In this document: piece by piece, positions 13,330 to 28,398 of the stretch | Layout: each line of letters opens with the position of its first letter | Position numbering within the stretch: the first letter of the stretch is position 1 | DNA from: Macrostomum lignano | Taxonomy: Eukaryota | Direction of reading: 5' to 3' | Assembly: GCA_002269645.1 (NCBI GenBank) | Contig: NIVC01000051.1 | Location: 434,001-498,000, forward strand | DNA: 64,000 bases | Program-made: the position numbers and the translations under genes | The notes under the pieces: generated by a model | Seen by the model: only the letters and a program-made list of their open reading frames with translations | The model's database searches: none | What the model was told of the DNA's origin: nothing

Positions 13330-14560
13330 GTCACTTTTTAACCTGAAGATTTGCGCATTCTCAACTTCCAGCTGCCTAGATGTAGCAGAGTTAACAGCTT
13401 TGAAACTCTCAGCAGCGCAAAGTAGCCTTGGCTGTAAAGGCCACGCCGCTTGAAGATCCAACTCTTGCAGTTATGGACCTCGGCGTGCGATCAGATGAGA
13501 GGCAGATGACGTCCTGCTCAAGCACGGTCTTGTATCCTGATGGATTAGATTAAGTAGGAGAGCACAAGGAGATCCTTGGAGTACCTCCTGATGCATGATG
13601 ACTTCCTGCTCAGCTTCAGCTGCTCCAGGGCAAAGCTCACAGTCCGATTGTCCGTCAGCCCTTCTGCTGCCTCCAAGAGGTCTTGCACACCGCATCCAGC
13701 AGACTGGTGACCTTGGTCTCAGGTGAAAACTCAGCCTTGCAGGAATCTTTAGTTTAATTCTTGATTCTGGATAATGGATTCACAAGCTGACTGGGACTTG
13801 GGAGTCAAAGCTTTTCCTCCAGTCAGTAAGTCGCTGATGCTTGCTTTTCGTGGCAGTCCATTAACTCCATGCGTGACGGAAAGGCCTTCGGCTAGGCAGT
13901 TGTAGCAGGAAACACGACACACTGACTGTCTCTAGCATATAGACGGTAGAGCCAAGAGCCTGTTGTATTGGATAGCCGTCTTAAATCCAGCTGGCGTGCT
14001 TGCTTCCTGCTCCAGCTAGCGCTGAATCTCCTGAAGGTCCGTCTCAGCAATAAAGTCAGCTTCCAGAAAGACTCCAATTCCAGCTCTCTCTCCAACTCCA
14101 TGCGCTCAGACAATGTCAATTGTTGCTCGCGGTGCCTTGTTGTCAGATCACAAGTAGATAGGAGCGTTCTCGGGAAGATGGATGGAACCGCTCCAGGCTT
14201 CAGAAAACTCCTTGACAGCGACTCGCTTCTTCTCTTATTGCATGTGACGTTGGTATCCGCCGATGCTTCAATGAAGTCATTGGAATAAAAATCGCGAGGG
14301 CAAATCTTGGAGAACTTCGCCGGCTCAAAGTATTCTCAGGTTTGCTCGCTTCCATTTCTCAAGAAGAGCTGCTTCTTGTAGAGGCTGGCTGCGGAGGCTC
14401 ACTCCAGATTCCGTGGTTGCTCGAGTTGAGCATTAGACAGTAGACACCATCAACAGTAGGCTGAACATATATGCAGCATTTAAAGCTTGTACTGAAGCAT
14501 GCTCTTGGAAATGATAGCAGTGTGGATTTGTGATTTAAGGGGCAACCTGCACGGTGCAAG
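13330..14560 (-). pseudogene. Decayed THAP-domain / P-element-family transposase relic
   Basis: Minus-strand fragments in shifting frames: LLEKWKRANLR, KICPRDFYSNDF, LKPGAVPSIFP (THAP W, C..HF and AVPTIF motifs). Further on: FALEQLKLSRKSSCIRRYSKDLLVLSYLI*..PSGYKTVLEQDVICLSSDRT, matching the P/THAP9 RRYS..AY..LP..RTL region. Multiple stops and frameshifts. Confidence 0.65.
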
Positions 14561-15623
14561 GCATCATATACTCTTTGTCAGTGCTTCGCAGAGAAGCAAG
14601 GAGGATCTGGGGGTTAGGAGGGTGAATAATTTCTTAAATTGTACATACAACGAGCACATATTGTAGAAAAAATACTAAACTAAAGAGTATTTAATTGGAG
14701 TTAAATTGAAGGAGCAGGATGAGCAGTAAGTGGGCGCAGGGCCCAAACCGATATATTTATAGAACATTTAACTTTGGGGGGTTGAGCCCAGAATAATAAA
14801 GAGAGGGGGTGGAGTGCGCGACTGAGGAAAGAGGCGAGAACGGAGAGCCAATCAGAACGCAGCAAGGGAGAGAGAGATAAGAATAACAAGATTGAGCTAG
14901 ACAGAGAGAGAGAAAACGGAGTAAACAGAGACAAGTGAAGGTGAACTAAGAAATGACTAGGAAAGTCGCGACACATATTAATGCCCTGTGCATTTCTATT
15001 CGTTTGTCGGTTTCCCTGCTCTCCCCCCAGTTCCCTATCCCCAGTTGCCCTAACTCGAAAGAACTAGTTTATTTGATTTGTGCGTTTTATTCTAGCTTCC
15101 AGCAGTCTAGTGGTGCTAGCTTTAAAAGTCCCTGGTCTTGCTATGCCTCACGACTTCGAATAGCTAGTCAGGCTTTGCTTGATTTTGCTTGATTCTGACG
15201 CCCTGCAGGCAGGCTGGAATCATGCATATTTAGTTAGCTGTCGTCGCAGTCCTTTTTATAAACTAAACTTGACTCTACTTTTTGCCTAAAGAAGTTAACG
15301 TATGACTGTTAATGTAAAACTCTTAGCTCTGGGTACGACTTTGTAAAGAGAGAAAGAGCCAATCAACAGCCACTGTCCCTCCCTGTAACAGCAGCTAGCT
15401 GACTGAGACCTCATAGGTTGTCTAACTGTACTGAGGCATTGAACAATAAAAGCATTTGTACCCTCGTACTGTGTCCAAGCGCGAGCAGGTAATAATAAAT
15501 AAACGTGTGCTGACGCGCACAGAGCTACGTGTACAGAGAGGCACACAGTTTCATCAGTTCTAGCTAGTATTGAAACAGCTTGTGCCAGTAATTGCATGTG
15601 AAAAGGATCGCTCTATCGGGTGC

Positions 15624-17517
<1,894 letters not shown>

Positions 17518-18129
17518 ATTTAACTACAATATTCAATTGCAATTTTTCTCCGTTATTGATTTTCAATTCAGACACGCACGAGTATTCACCGTAACTGCTG
17601 CAATTTGTAGCTTTAGTTCGCTAGCAGACGGACTTATCGCTGTTGGACATGGGCATTTACACATTGACTTGAAGCTTAAATTAAACATCAACTTGAACCT
17701 CTTATTAGAGGTAAATACTTTAGAGTTTTTCGGGTTCTCTCTTTTAGATATATACACAAAATTCTGCAACTGGAAATGGATTGGATGATTTATACTGAAT
17801 ACGAGTTATTGAAATACTATTGCTTTATTTTTCTGTGGTTAACATGTAGGGCTGCGTCCCCAGCCCGACATATCCCCAGAGTTGTTCTACCATGTACAGC
17901 CCAAGAGAATGCTCTCGAAAATAAGCAATCGAACTTTATAAACGATAAAAATCTTTTAATCTAGTCAGGGTGCCCATGCAGTTCCCAGTTCGCAGAATGG
18001 AACTAGCTGAATATTACTTCGAAAAATATTTTTATTCACTCATCAATCAAGTACAAAGCTCGTATCATAAAACATAAAAATCTGCACCCTCGACTTGCGC
18101 GTTCGATAATTAGAGCTAATGTAAAAATC

Positions 18130-18565
18130 GTAATGTATGATGGATCGTGGTTAAAGGATAATGGCCGATAATTTACGATGTATGATGGATCATGGATAAT
18201 GGATAATGAATAATGTATGAAGGATCATGGATAATAGATAAGGAATCATGGATAATGTATGATGGATCATGAATAATGAATAGTGTATAATGATGGATCA
18301 TGGAAAATGGATAATGGCCGATAATTTACGATGTATGATGGATCATGAATAATGGATAATGTATGATGGATCATAGATCATGAATTCGTGGATAATGGAT
18401 AATGTATGATGGATCGTAGTTAATGGATAATGGCCGATAATTTACGATGTATCGTGGATCATGGATAATGGATAATGTATGATGGATCATGGATAGTGGG
18501 TAATGGATAATGTATGATGGATCATGGATAGTGGATAGATAATGGATAATGGATAATGTATCATG
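18130..18565. repeat. Degenerate low-complexity tandem repeat (ATGGATAATG/TATGATGGATC units)
   Basis: Repeated atggataatggataatgtatgatggatc variants. Confidence 0.85.
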
Positions 18566-19343
18566 AATATTTGATAATCGAATAAAAGTATGCGCTGAAT
18601 TCCCGAATTGGGAACTTTGCTTTTTTGTTTGGAGACATCGTCAAGAAGAAAATCCTGCCTCCCATAGTTCTGGCTATACCTAATTTGCACAGTTAGAACA
18701 ATGATCCGGGTGAAAGCTTAATGCAATGTACACTCGGTAATATTGAAAACCTCTGACTGACTTCAGCTCACTACATTGCAATGGCGCAGGTTTCCAACTC
18801 TAGCCCAGGCCCACTGCAGGTCTAGCATGTTGTTAAGTATACTTTCAACTGGCTGTAACAAGTTATGAATTCACGCTTATACGTGTACATTCATAATAAC
18901 TCATGGGCATGCCTCACGTACCGAACAAACTCAGTAATTCACGGGGTAGGAACTCTTACTCAGCAACTTTGTCTGGCATTCTATAGAGAGGAGTCTCGGA
19001 GTCTAACAATACCAAGGAGAAAGAGAGCATATTGACACACAAAGCGCAGTTTTCAGCAAGCCTTGCACTGGCGAGCACAGTCATTCACGCGCAAACAAGC
19101 AAACTCTCTTCTCTCTTCATCGTTGTGCACAAAGGTCACAAAAATGGACAGTACATTCTGTGCAGTAGCATGCTCTCTTTCTGACCCCGACAGAAGCTTT
19201 TCGTGCTACTGCCAGAATTGTGAGTATTTTAGTGTTTAAGGGACAATTTTTCACTAGCTGTCCATGGCTGCTTTACTTACATGTGTCACACACAAGACGA
19301 TTGAAATTGACCACCATAGCGTAATAATTTTTTTCAAAAGTGA

Positions 19344-20668
19344 ATGCCAAGCCAAAAGTTACAATTTCCATGCTGTTGTTTGAGTACTGGTGAGTGGCCG
19401 CCCTTGTTGATACACATCACTTATGCTCGTACAATAGTTGCAGTTGAGAAAAACTGAACTTAAAAACAAACCTAAAACTTGGAATTCGAGAGACCATCAT
19501 CTTTTACGCTGATACACAGCTCTGTTTCGTAATTCATAAATGAAGCAAAACTTTTTCAAATAAAATCCCAGCAGCCAACAAGTGGAAATCGTTCCTCCTG
19601 ATCCTGGTGGCGTCGGTGCTGCTCTGCCTGCTCAGCGCAAACTGGACTTCGCAGTCGATTTTTAGCTACAAGTGGCAGTGCGGCGAGCTGCCCTACCGCT
19701 TCCCGGACTCCATCCCGCCGCTGGTGCACTGGACCAGCAAAGACGGTCGAGTGCCAGCCAAGCTGATTCCCATTGTGCGCTCATGGAGGCGACTGCTCGA
19801 TGTCAGACTCAACGATAGCAGCAGCGCTGACAGAAACAGCTCGAATGCTGACGAATTCCCCACTGACCGCTGGCACTTCATGCACTGGGACGACAAGCAG
19901 ATCTCCGAGCTCATCTCGAAGCACTATCCGTACCTTGTTCAAAGCTACCGCAAGCTGGTCAACGGGCTGGAGCGATCGGACATCGGCCGTCTGGTCGTGC
20001 TGCACCACGTCGGCGGTCTGTACATCGACACGGATGTGGAGCTGCATCGAGATCCGACACCGCTGCTGAGACCGTCGCAGCTTCAGGGAGCGGGGCTGAC
20101 TCCGAACTTCGACTGTGAGTCAGCCGTGTGGAGTCAGGAGCCTACTGAGCACGCAGTCTTCACGTTCAATCTTCCGGCACTGATTTCGAATGCGGTGATG
20201 ATGAGCCGAGCGAAACACAGCTTCCTGAACTTCGTGCTGAAGAACTGGCCGGCATGGTTCAATCAGAATTGGGCCAAGAAAGTCTTTCGATCTCATCTTG
20301 ATGCATTTCGCGTCACGGGACCCAGAATGCTGCACACATTCTACGAGAAGTACACGGCTCTGAAGAAAAGCGACCGACCTGCCGACTGGTGCGGCAACAT
20401 GCTGGCCGAGGCAGACGCCTTCCAGCCCATCTGGGACGTGGCATGGATTCCCGACAGACTAAAGTCGCTGTGCAAAAAAGCGGAAAAGCTGTCTCCATTG
20501 CAGCGTCGTCACTGCAAGCGTCTGAATGGCACAAAGTTTTCCACGAAACAGATTCCTAATCGCTCTTTTACTGTGCACAGATTTATGCATCTTAGCTACA
20601 GGGGCAGATTGCGGATGGCAACTTCGCCTATATCATCGATTTTACCGATTTTCGGTTGCAGATTATAA
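19344..20668 (+). CDS. GT32 glycosyltransferase paralog 3. Predicted exons 19344-19389 and 19572 (or 19575)-20668
   Basis: ORF 19607-20668 with GT32 core. ATG 19344 (MPSQKLQFPCCCLST), phase-1 donor G|GTGAGT (19389/19390) and a tandem CAGCAG acceptor give an in-frame join to NKWKSFLLILV. Confidence 0.85.
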
Positions 20669-20994
20669 TTCGACCACATATTCTTGTACATAATGTGCAT
20701 TAACGTTATTAATGTGCATTAACTGACTCGTTTCGTATGAGAAAACGAGTCAGTTGTGGAATACAGAGTGTCCTAAAGTAACCGTGTGGTGTGCACAGAA
20801 GGAGCCAGGGTGTCGCCCTTCCATTCGCCATTGCAATATAGTTGCGCTTCTTTAAAAACTGAATAAAAGAGGTGACCAAAATTGACGAATGACGGAGCTC
20901 AACTTTTGTCAACTCTTGGACAGGGCCCTCACAAAAAGAGACAGGGTACCCAACTAATAGATTGGGCCGCCCACCAAGAGACAGGTACACCCAC

Positions 20995-21190
20995 CAAGAT
21001 ACAGGGATGCCCACACCAAAGAGGCAGGGATGCCCACACAAAAGAGGCAGGGATGCCCACACCAAAGAGACAGGGATGCCCACACCAAAGAGGCAGGGAT
21101 GCCCACACCAAAGAGACAGGGATGCCCACACCAAAGAGACAGGGATGCCCACACCAAAGAGGCAGGGATGCCCACACCAAGAGACAGGGG
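20995..21190. repeat. 23-bp minisatellite (CCACACCAAAGAGRCAGGGATGC), about 8-9 units
   Basis: Direct tandem copies downstream of GT paralog 3. Confidence 0.92.
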
Positions 21191-21854
21191 CTCTCACTAA
21201 GAGACACAGAAGCGTTATTATCAAGGTTGGTGCTAACGGGATACTAAGTATACATGTGAGCAAATTATGACAGTTGAAGGATCAATAGAAGTGTATACAT
21301 TTTATAGCTTTTTTTATTAGAATTAATTGTAATTGTTCGGAAGCTAAGAGCAATACTTTCTAATATTATTTTGTTGATTAAATGGATTTTAAATTTTACA
21401 AAAGCTAATTGTACATGTAGGACAATTGTACTGTACAATCGAAATTCTTAATCATAATTTTGCTCGCAAAAAGAAGACTGTACTTTACTACTACTGCCAG
21501 TAATAGCACGTGACGAAGCAATTTTTTAACGAGTTTTCAAATCTGGCTTAGCACTTGAATATCTGAGCTGCTTTTTACAATGGAAAACTATTGCTATAAT
21601 TGTTTGTCGAAAATCAAGACATCCCGATCTTTGTAATGCATTTTGCGTACACAGCGACCATACAATTTTTTTCTGAGTAGATATGAAGTTTCTCACTTTA
21701 TTTTAAGTTAAGCTACGAGTATTCAGAAAAATTCCCATATAATTTAATACGGAAGCGTAATTTTGTCGGTCTTAGTTGCTATCCAATTTCTTTTACTTTG
21801 TTTTCATTAGCGGTACGAGCTATGGCGAACCTTGGCGGAATTTCATTTAAATAA

Positions 21855-23878
21855 GTGCCATTTCAGTTGAGAGAGCGCCAGTTTAGTTAGGTTGAGTGTC
21901 ATTTTAGTTAAGGTAGTGCCATTTCAGTTGAGGGAGTGCCATTTCAGTTAAGGGAGTGCCATTTCAGTTGAGGGAGTGCCATTATAGTTGAGGGAGTGCA
22001 ATTAATTGAGGGAGAGCCATTTCAGTTGAGGGAGTGCCATTATAGTTGAGGGAGTGCCATTTTAATTAAGGGAGTGCTTTTTCAGTTGAAGGAGCGCCAT
22101 TATAGTTGAGGGAGTGCCATTTTAATTGAGGGAGTGCTTTTTCAGTTGAGAGAGCGATATTTTAGTTGAAAGAGCGATATTTTAGTTGAAGTAGTGCCAT
22201 TTCAGTTGAGGGAGCGTCATTTTAGTTGAGGGAGTGCCATTTCAGTTGAGGGAGCGCCATTTTAGTTAGGTTGAGTGTCATTTTAGTTAAGGTAGTACCA
22301 TTTCAGTTGAGAGAGCGCCATTATAGTTGAGGGAGTGCCATTTTAATTGAAGGAGTGCCATTTCAGTTGAAGGAGCGCCATTATAGTTGAGGGAGTGCCA
22401 TTTTAATTGAAGGAGTGCCATTTCAGTTGAAGGAGCGCCATTATAGTTGAGGGAGTGCCATTTTAATTGACCGAGTGCCATTTCAGTTGAGGGAGTGATT
22501 TTTCAGTTGAGGGAGCGTCATTTTAGTTGAGAGAGCGATATTTTAATTGAGGGAGCGCAATTATAGTTGAGGTAGTGCCATTTTAATTGAGGGAGTGCCA
22601 TTTCAGTTGAGGGAGTGCTTTTTCAGTTGAGGGGCGTCATTTTAGTTAAGAGAGCGATATTTTAGTTGAAGTAGTGACATTTCAGTTGAGGGAGCGTCAT
22701 TTTAGTTGAGGGAGTGCCATTTCAGTTGAGGGAGCGCCATTATAGTTGAGGGAGTGCCATTTTAATTGAGGGAGTGCCATTTCAGTTGAGGGAGCGTCAT
22801 TTTAGTTAAGAGAGTGATATTTTAGTTGAAGTAGTGCCATTTCAGTTCAAGGAGCGCCATTTTAGTTGAAGTAGTGCAATTTCAGTTGAGGGAGCGTCAT
22901 TTTAGTTGAGGGAGTGCCATTTCAGTTGAGGGAGCGCCATTATAGTTGAGGGAGTGCCATTTTAATTGAGGGAGTGCCATTTCAGTTGAGGGAGCGTCAT
23001 TTTAGTTAAGAGAGCGATATTTTAGTTGAAGTAGTGCCATTTCAGTTGAGGGAGCGTCATTTTAGTTGAGGGAGTGCCATTTTAATTGACCGAGTGCCAT
23101 TTCAGTTAAGGGAGTGCTTTTTCAGTTGAGGGAGCGTCATTTTAGTTGAGAGAGCGATATTTTAGTTGAAGTAGTGCCATTTCAGTTGAGGGAGCGCCAT
23201 TATAGTTGAGGGAGTGCCATTTTAATTGACCGAGTGCCATTTCAGTTAAGGGAGTGCCATTTTAATTGACCGAGTGCCATTTCAGTTAAGGGAGTGCCAT
23301 TTCAGTTGAGGGGCGTCATTTTAGTTGAGAGAGCGATATTTTAGTTGAAGTAGTGCCATTTCAGTTGAGGGAGCGTCATTTTAGTTGAGGGAGTGCCATT
23401 TCAGTTGAGGGAGCGCCATTATAGTTGAGGGAGTGCCATTTTAATTGACCGAGTGCCATTTCAGTTAAGGGAGTGCTTTTTCAGTTGAAGGAGCGTCATT
23501 TTAGTTGAGAGAGCGATATTTTAGTTGAAGTAGTGCCATTTCAGTTGAGGGAGCGTCATTTTAGTTGACGGAGTGCCATTTCAGTTGAGGGAGCGCCATT
23601 ATAGTTGAGGGAGAGCCATTTTAATTGACCGAGTGCCATTTCAGTTAAGGGAGTGCTTTTTCAGTTGAAGGAGCGTCATTTTAGTTGATAGAGCGATATT
23701 TTAGTTGAAGTAGTGCCATTTCAGTTGAGGGAGCGTCATTTTAGTTGAGGGAGTGCCATTTCAGTTGAGAGGCGTCATTTTAGTTGAAAGAGCGCTATTT
23801 TAGTTGAAGGAATGGCATTTCAGTTGAGGGAGTTCAACTTTAGTTGAGGGAATGCCATTTCAGTTGAGGGAGCGCCAT
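21855..23878. repeat. 20-bp minisatellite (consensus TTCAGTTGAGGGAGTGCCAT), about 100 units
   Basis: Continuous 20-bp periodicity with variant units. Confidence 0.97.
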
Positions 23879-24738
23879 GTTTTTTTGCTAGCCGATGGGG
23901 CTCGGGAGGCTGCGAGATATGTAGGGAGGTGGGGATAGTCGGATAAGTGTAGGATGGTAGGGAGGGATGTAGGGAGGTAGAGAGATGCAGGGAGGCAGGA
24001 TGAGCTGTAATGATATAGGGCGATCTCTTTTGCACTCCTGATGACCATGCCTGGTCTCTTAGCGTCACTCCCTGTCCCTGTAGCCTGGGATTCCTGTGTC
24101 TATAAGTCTCCTGATTAAGATTTCATTTGTTCCAACTTCCACCTCGATCGTCCAATGATGATAAATAATTTTACTCTTCAATGCATAGCGTCCCTTTGCT
24201 TGTATAGTGAAAGCGTAAGATAGGATGTGGGCTCGTGGGGGGGTTGGCGGAGCGTGGGCTAAGCTAAGCTTCGTGGAAAGGTTTTCTGGGGGGGCCTCAA
24301 GTTAGGGAGCGCAAATGTACATCGACGAATGTACAGTGTGGAGGAGGGACGACCCACTCCCCACTGTAGATTCCACTGAGGGGCTGGGCTGCCTCAAAAT
24401 TTGTCTAGGAATTTTTCCGTCCCCCACCCGCATAGCCTGTCCCATCTCTTTGACTATAGGGGATCAGAGCCAATTGGAATAGCACGCCTAAAGCCCTTTC
24501 TCGCTGCGTACAGAATCAGAGAGCTGGGCTAAGAGCAGAAGACTTATTTCATTTGTAATTCTAGATTTCAGTAACCCCTATAGGCTATAGAAATACGACA
24601 GCGTTATATTTTGTTCGGAACTACGGTTCGTCTCTAGAACAGAACTGCACTCATAAGTAACTTCAAGTCTGAGACTGTCATTAGCTCCTTCTGTTTATCT
24701 TTATCTGTATCTATCTGATCGGTGCATTGGCAATATTG

Positions 24739-27345
24739 ATGTGGCTCAGACTTCAACGAATGCTAGTATGGAGGCATCGTACGATAGGTAGGTATTGACT
24801 CGCATTATAAAACGATTATAAACATGCTTTTTGCTTTATACCTTTCTCTACTTCTGAGTGGTCGCCATTTCATCTGAGTGGGTGCCACTTCATCTGAGTG
24901 GTCGCCATTTCATCTGAGTGGGTGCCACTTCATCTGAGTGGGTGCCACTTCATCTGAGTGGGTGCCATTCCATCTGAGTGGGTGCCATTCCATCTGAGTG
25001 GGTGCCATTTCATCTGAGTGGTCGCCATTTCATCTGACTGGGGTGCCATTCCATCTGAGTGGGTGCCATTTCATGTGAGTGGGTGCCATTCCATCTTAGT
25101 GGGTGCCATTCCATCCGTAGGCGCCATGCCCTCAGCTTGCCCCCCTGGTGGCTCCCGACCCTGTGCGGCACTTTGATCACCAACCGGTTGGTGAACTCTT
25201 GTGACAGCTGAATCACCAAGTGAAATTTTTTTAGCCTACAGTGCCTACTTCTGAATATGCAGAATGAGTGCATCATCGATAGACGATAGATAGGGTTACC
25301 GGGTCCCAGCGAGAGACAGGGTTACCGGGTTCCAGCGAGAGACAGGGTTATCGGGTCCCTGCGAGAGACAGGGTTACCGGGTCCCAGCGAGAGACAGGGT
25401 TACCGGGTCCCAGCGATAGACAGGGTTACCGGGTCCCAGCGAGAGACAGGGTTACCGGGTCCCAGCGATAGACAGGGTTACCGGGTCCCAGCAGAGACAG
25501 GGTTACTGGATCCCAGCAGAGACAGGGTTACCGGGTCCCAGCAGAGACAGGGTTACCGGGTCCCAGCAGAGACAGGGTTACCGGGTCCCAGCAGAGACAG
25601 GGTTACCGGGTCCCAGCAGAGACAGGGTTACCGGGTCCCAGCAGAGACAGGGTTACCGGATTCCAGCAGAGACAGGGTTACTGGATCCCAGCAGAGATAG
25701 GGTTACCGGGTCCCAGCAGAGACAGGGTTACCGGGTCCCAGCAGAGACAGGGTTACTGGATCCCAGCAGAGATAGGGTTACCGGGTCGCAGCGAGAGACA
25801 GTGCCAATGCCGCGCCAAGAGACTTTTGGATTAGGGTTATCGGTGGCCTTATCGAGACACCGAAGAGGGAGTAAAGAGAGGAAAGCTCATTAAGAGACCT
25901 ATTGAGAACGAGACATTAGTGAAACTTAACCATTTTTAATTAGTCGCTTTCTTTATATTTATTACACCTTTGTAAATCATTGAAAAACGTACGATTCTTG
26001 CTATACTTAAAAACAAATTTTAGCTGCCAAACGCGCCGTGTTCTCCTTTCTGGTTTCTGCTTCCGCGCTGTACCTGTTTCTTGGTTTCACTAGCACCACC
26101 TGGGAGACTGTCACATACAAATACAATGTGGACCTGGACAGCCTTAGGAATTGTAGCGACATAATCAGTACTCAGGAATTGTTTCCAAACTCCATCCCGC
26201 CGCTGGTGCACTGGACCAGCAAGTCTGGACGAGTGCCAGCCAAGCTGGTTCCCATTGTGCGCTCCTGGAGGCTACTGCTGAATATCAGAATCAATAACAG
26301 CAGGAACTTCTCTGCAGGTCTGGCTCTGTCCGTGACTTTTGTCACCAAATTTGCTCTTACAACACTAGCTTACGAGTATTCTATCCGTTTTGGCAGTGAA
26401 CTTTACAGACTATTAACATTTTATAATAAACACTTAGGTGACCAACTGGCTCTGCTCAAGTCAAATAATCTGCAAGACTTCGGCACCGGCAATGGCAGCA
26501 TCACTAACGGAAGTAACAAGGACGTAGACAGCTTTTCAACAGATCGCTGGCACTTCATGCACTGGGACGACAAGCAGATCTCCGAGCTCATCTCTAAGCA
26601 CTATCCGTACCTTGTTCAAAGCTACCGCAAGCTGGTCAACGGGCTGGAGCGATCAGACATCGGCCGTCTGGTCGTGCTGCACCACGTCGGCGGTCTGTAC
26701 GTCGACACGGATGTGGAGCTGCTTCGAGATCCGACACCGCTGCTGAGACCGTCGCAGCTTCAGGAAGCGGGGCTGACTCCGAACTTCGACTGTGAGTCAG
26801 CCGTGTGGAGTCAGGAGCCAATAGAGCACGCCGCTTTCCCGTTCGACCTTCCGGCACTGATTTCGAATGCGGTGATGATGAGCCGAGCGAATCACAGCTT
26901 CCTGAGCTTCGTGCTAACAAACTGGCCGCCGTGGTTCGAGCAGAATTGGGCCAAGAAGAGGGGTAGAAAAAGCATTGACGCAGTGCACGTCACGGGACCC
27001 GTAATGCTACAGAAATTCTATAAGAAGTACACGGCACTGAAGCAGAGTGACCGACCTGCCGACTGGTGCGGCAACATGCTGGCAGAGCCTGGGGCGTTCC
27101 ATCCTTTGAATGACGTGGCCTACGTGCCAAAAAGATTGAAAACCGCCTGCGCGAAGCCTGAAAAACTTTCCAAACTGCAGAAGCAGTTTTGCAGCCCATT
27201 AACGATATCAAATCTTGAGCTGAAGCAGATTCCAAATACTTCTTACACAGTGCACAAGTTTATGCATTTGAGTTATCGCGAAAATAATTTTAGTAATTCC
27301 ATTCGAATCTCCTCGATTGTACCAATTTTCCGCTGCAAAGTTTAA
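24739..27345 (+). CDS. GT32 glycosyltransferase paralog 4. Predicted exons 24739-24787 and 26024-27345 (possible extra intron 26318-26437)
   Basis: ORF 26038-27345 with GT32 core (YVDTDVE). Phase-1 acceptor TTTTAG| at 26023/26024. Candidate first exon ATG 24739 (MWLRLQRMLVWRHRTI) with phase-1 donor G|GTAGGT at 24787/24788. Confidence 0.8.
24859..25120. repeat. 20-bp minisatellite (TTCATCTGAGTGGGTGCCAT), about 13 units
   Basis: Direct tandem copies. Confidence 0.95.
25293..25801. repeat. 24/26-bp minisatellite (AGAGACAGGGTTACCGGGTCCCAGC[GA]), about 20 units
   Basis: Direct tandem copies; 26-bp units mostly at the left, 24-bp units at the right. Confidence 0.96.
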
Positions 27346-27659
27346 TGCACAAAATGCAACAAAGTTCTGTCGATTGGCATTCTGTCACTTGAATTGGCAT
27401 TTGAATTGTACTTACAAAATAGATTTTGCGAGTGTGCCCAACCCACAACTGTCCACATTGCCATTTGTTTGATTATATATTCACTATAGTGTGCATGTGC
27501 AGTGTGTCACTGTGCATATTGTTGGGAGTTATCGAGCCACTGACGAGGTTGTTGTTGGGTAGCGGTTTAAGTTAGCCTTGAAACTTAAAAGGCGAGGTTT
27601 CAAACGCACAACCACATATTCTATATTACCTACATGTAGATGCGTCACTAATGTATTTA

Positions 27660-28398
27660 GCGGCCGCAGGGCGAAAACCCCGGGGTTAGGGGCACAGACA
27701 CTAGCTTCTTCTTCTTCTTCCTGTCACGTCTTGACGCTGCTGCGTCAAAATGGCGGGGGCTGAGCCGCCATGCTTGGGCGCAACCTAGGGATTCACCCGG
27801 TCGTTTCTATTGGCAACAGACACACATGTAAGTCGCTATTGGACGGAATAGTAGTCACGTGACTGCTCTCAGCCAATAGCGACTTACATGTGTGTGTTGC
27901 CAATAGAAACGGCCGGGTGATTCCAAAGGTTGCGCATGTATGTAGCGCCCCACAGAGCGGACACTAGCTGCTTTTTCTTTCTTCCTTTCTTCTTCAGCGC
28001 TCGTCTAGCGGCGCGGCGGCGCCGAGATGGACGGGGGCCAACGCCCCATGCTCCGGAGGAGCGAGAGGGCCAAGCCCGGCTCGGTGAGGAGGCGCTCCAC
28101 TTCAGTGCCGACCAGGCGAATGCGGTGCGCGTCCCCCCTCGGGCAGTTGTAGATCGCGTGCAGGCTCGAGTCCGGTGCCCCGCAGTCCTGACAGAGCGGG
28201 GAGTCCGTCAGGCCGAAACGATGTCGGACCTCGGCGGCGAGCATTGAGGCACCGGCTCGGAGTTGGCAGACCGCCGTGTGCTCGGTCCGGCTTCCAGCTG
28301 CTGCTGCTGCTGCTGCTGCTACTGCATGTAATGCTGCTTGAAAACAGCAGAATTTATAGTCTATGGTCTTAACCCCGGGGTTCTCGCGCTGCGGCTGC
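27660..28398. mobile_element. MITE-like element with ~40-bp imperfect inverted repeats and an internal 158-bp hairpin (27778-27935)
   Basis: GCGGCCGCAGGGCGAAAACCCCGGGGTTAGGGGCACAGAC (27660-27699) resembles the reverse complement of 28359-28398. The internal ~63-bp arms GCGCAACC..TCGCTATTGG / CCAATAGCGA..GGTTGCGC surround the AGTCACGTGACT palindrome. Confidence 0.55.
27972..28295 (-). mobile_element. 5'-truncated Ingi/I-group non-LTR retrotransposon 3' end
   Basis: Minus frame EHTAVCQLRAGAS..SPLCQDCGAPDSSLHAIYNCP is the C-terminal CCHC region, homologous to ARLRAGHC..PICPRCEEGPEDLEHWLGCP of the 43.6-48.3 kb element. It has an (AAG)-rich tail and a 6-bp TSD AGCTGC (27966-27971 / 28296-28301). 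Confidence 0.75.

Noticed and set aside
20709-25276. Repeat-peptide ORFs at 20709-21270, 22287-22481 and 25010-25276 (likewise 39543-40024 and 58929-59656)
   Set aside because: All coincide with minisatellites and have no domain features.
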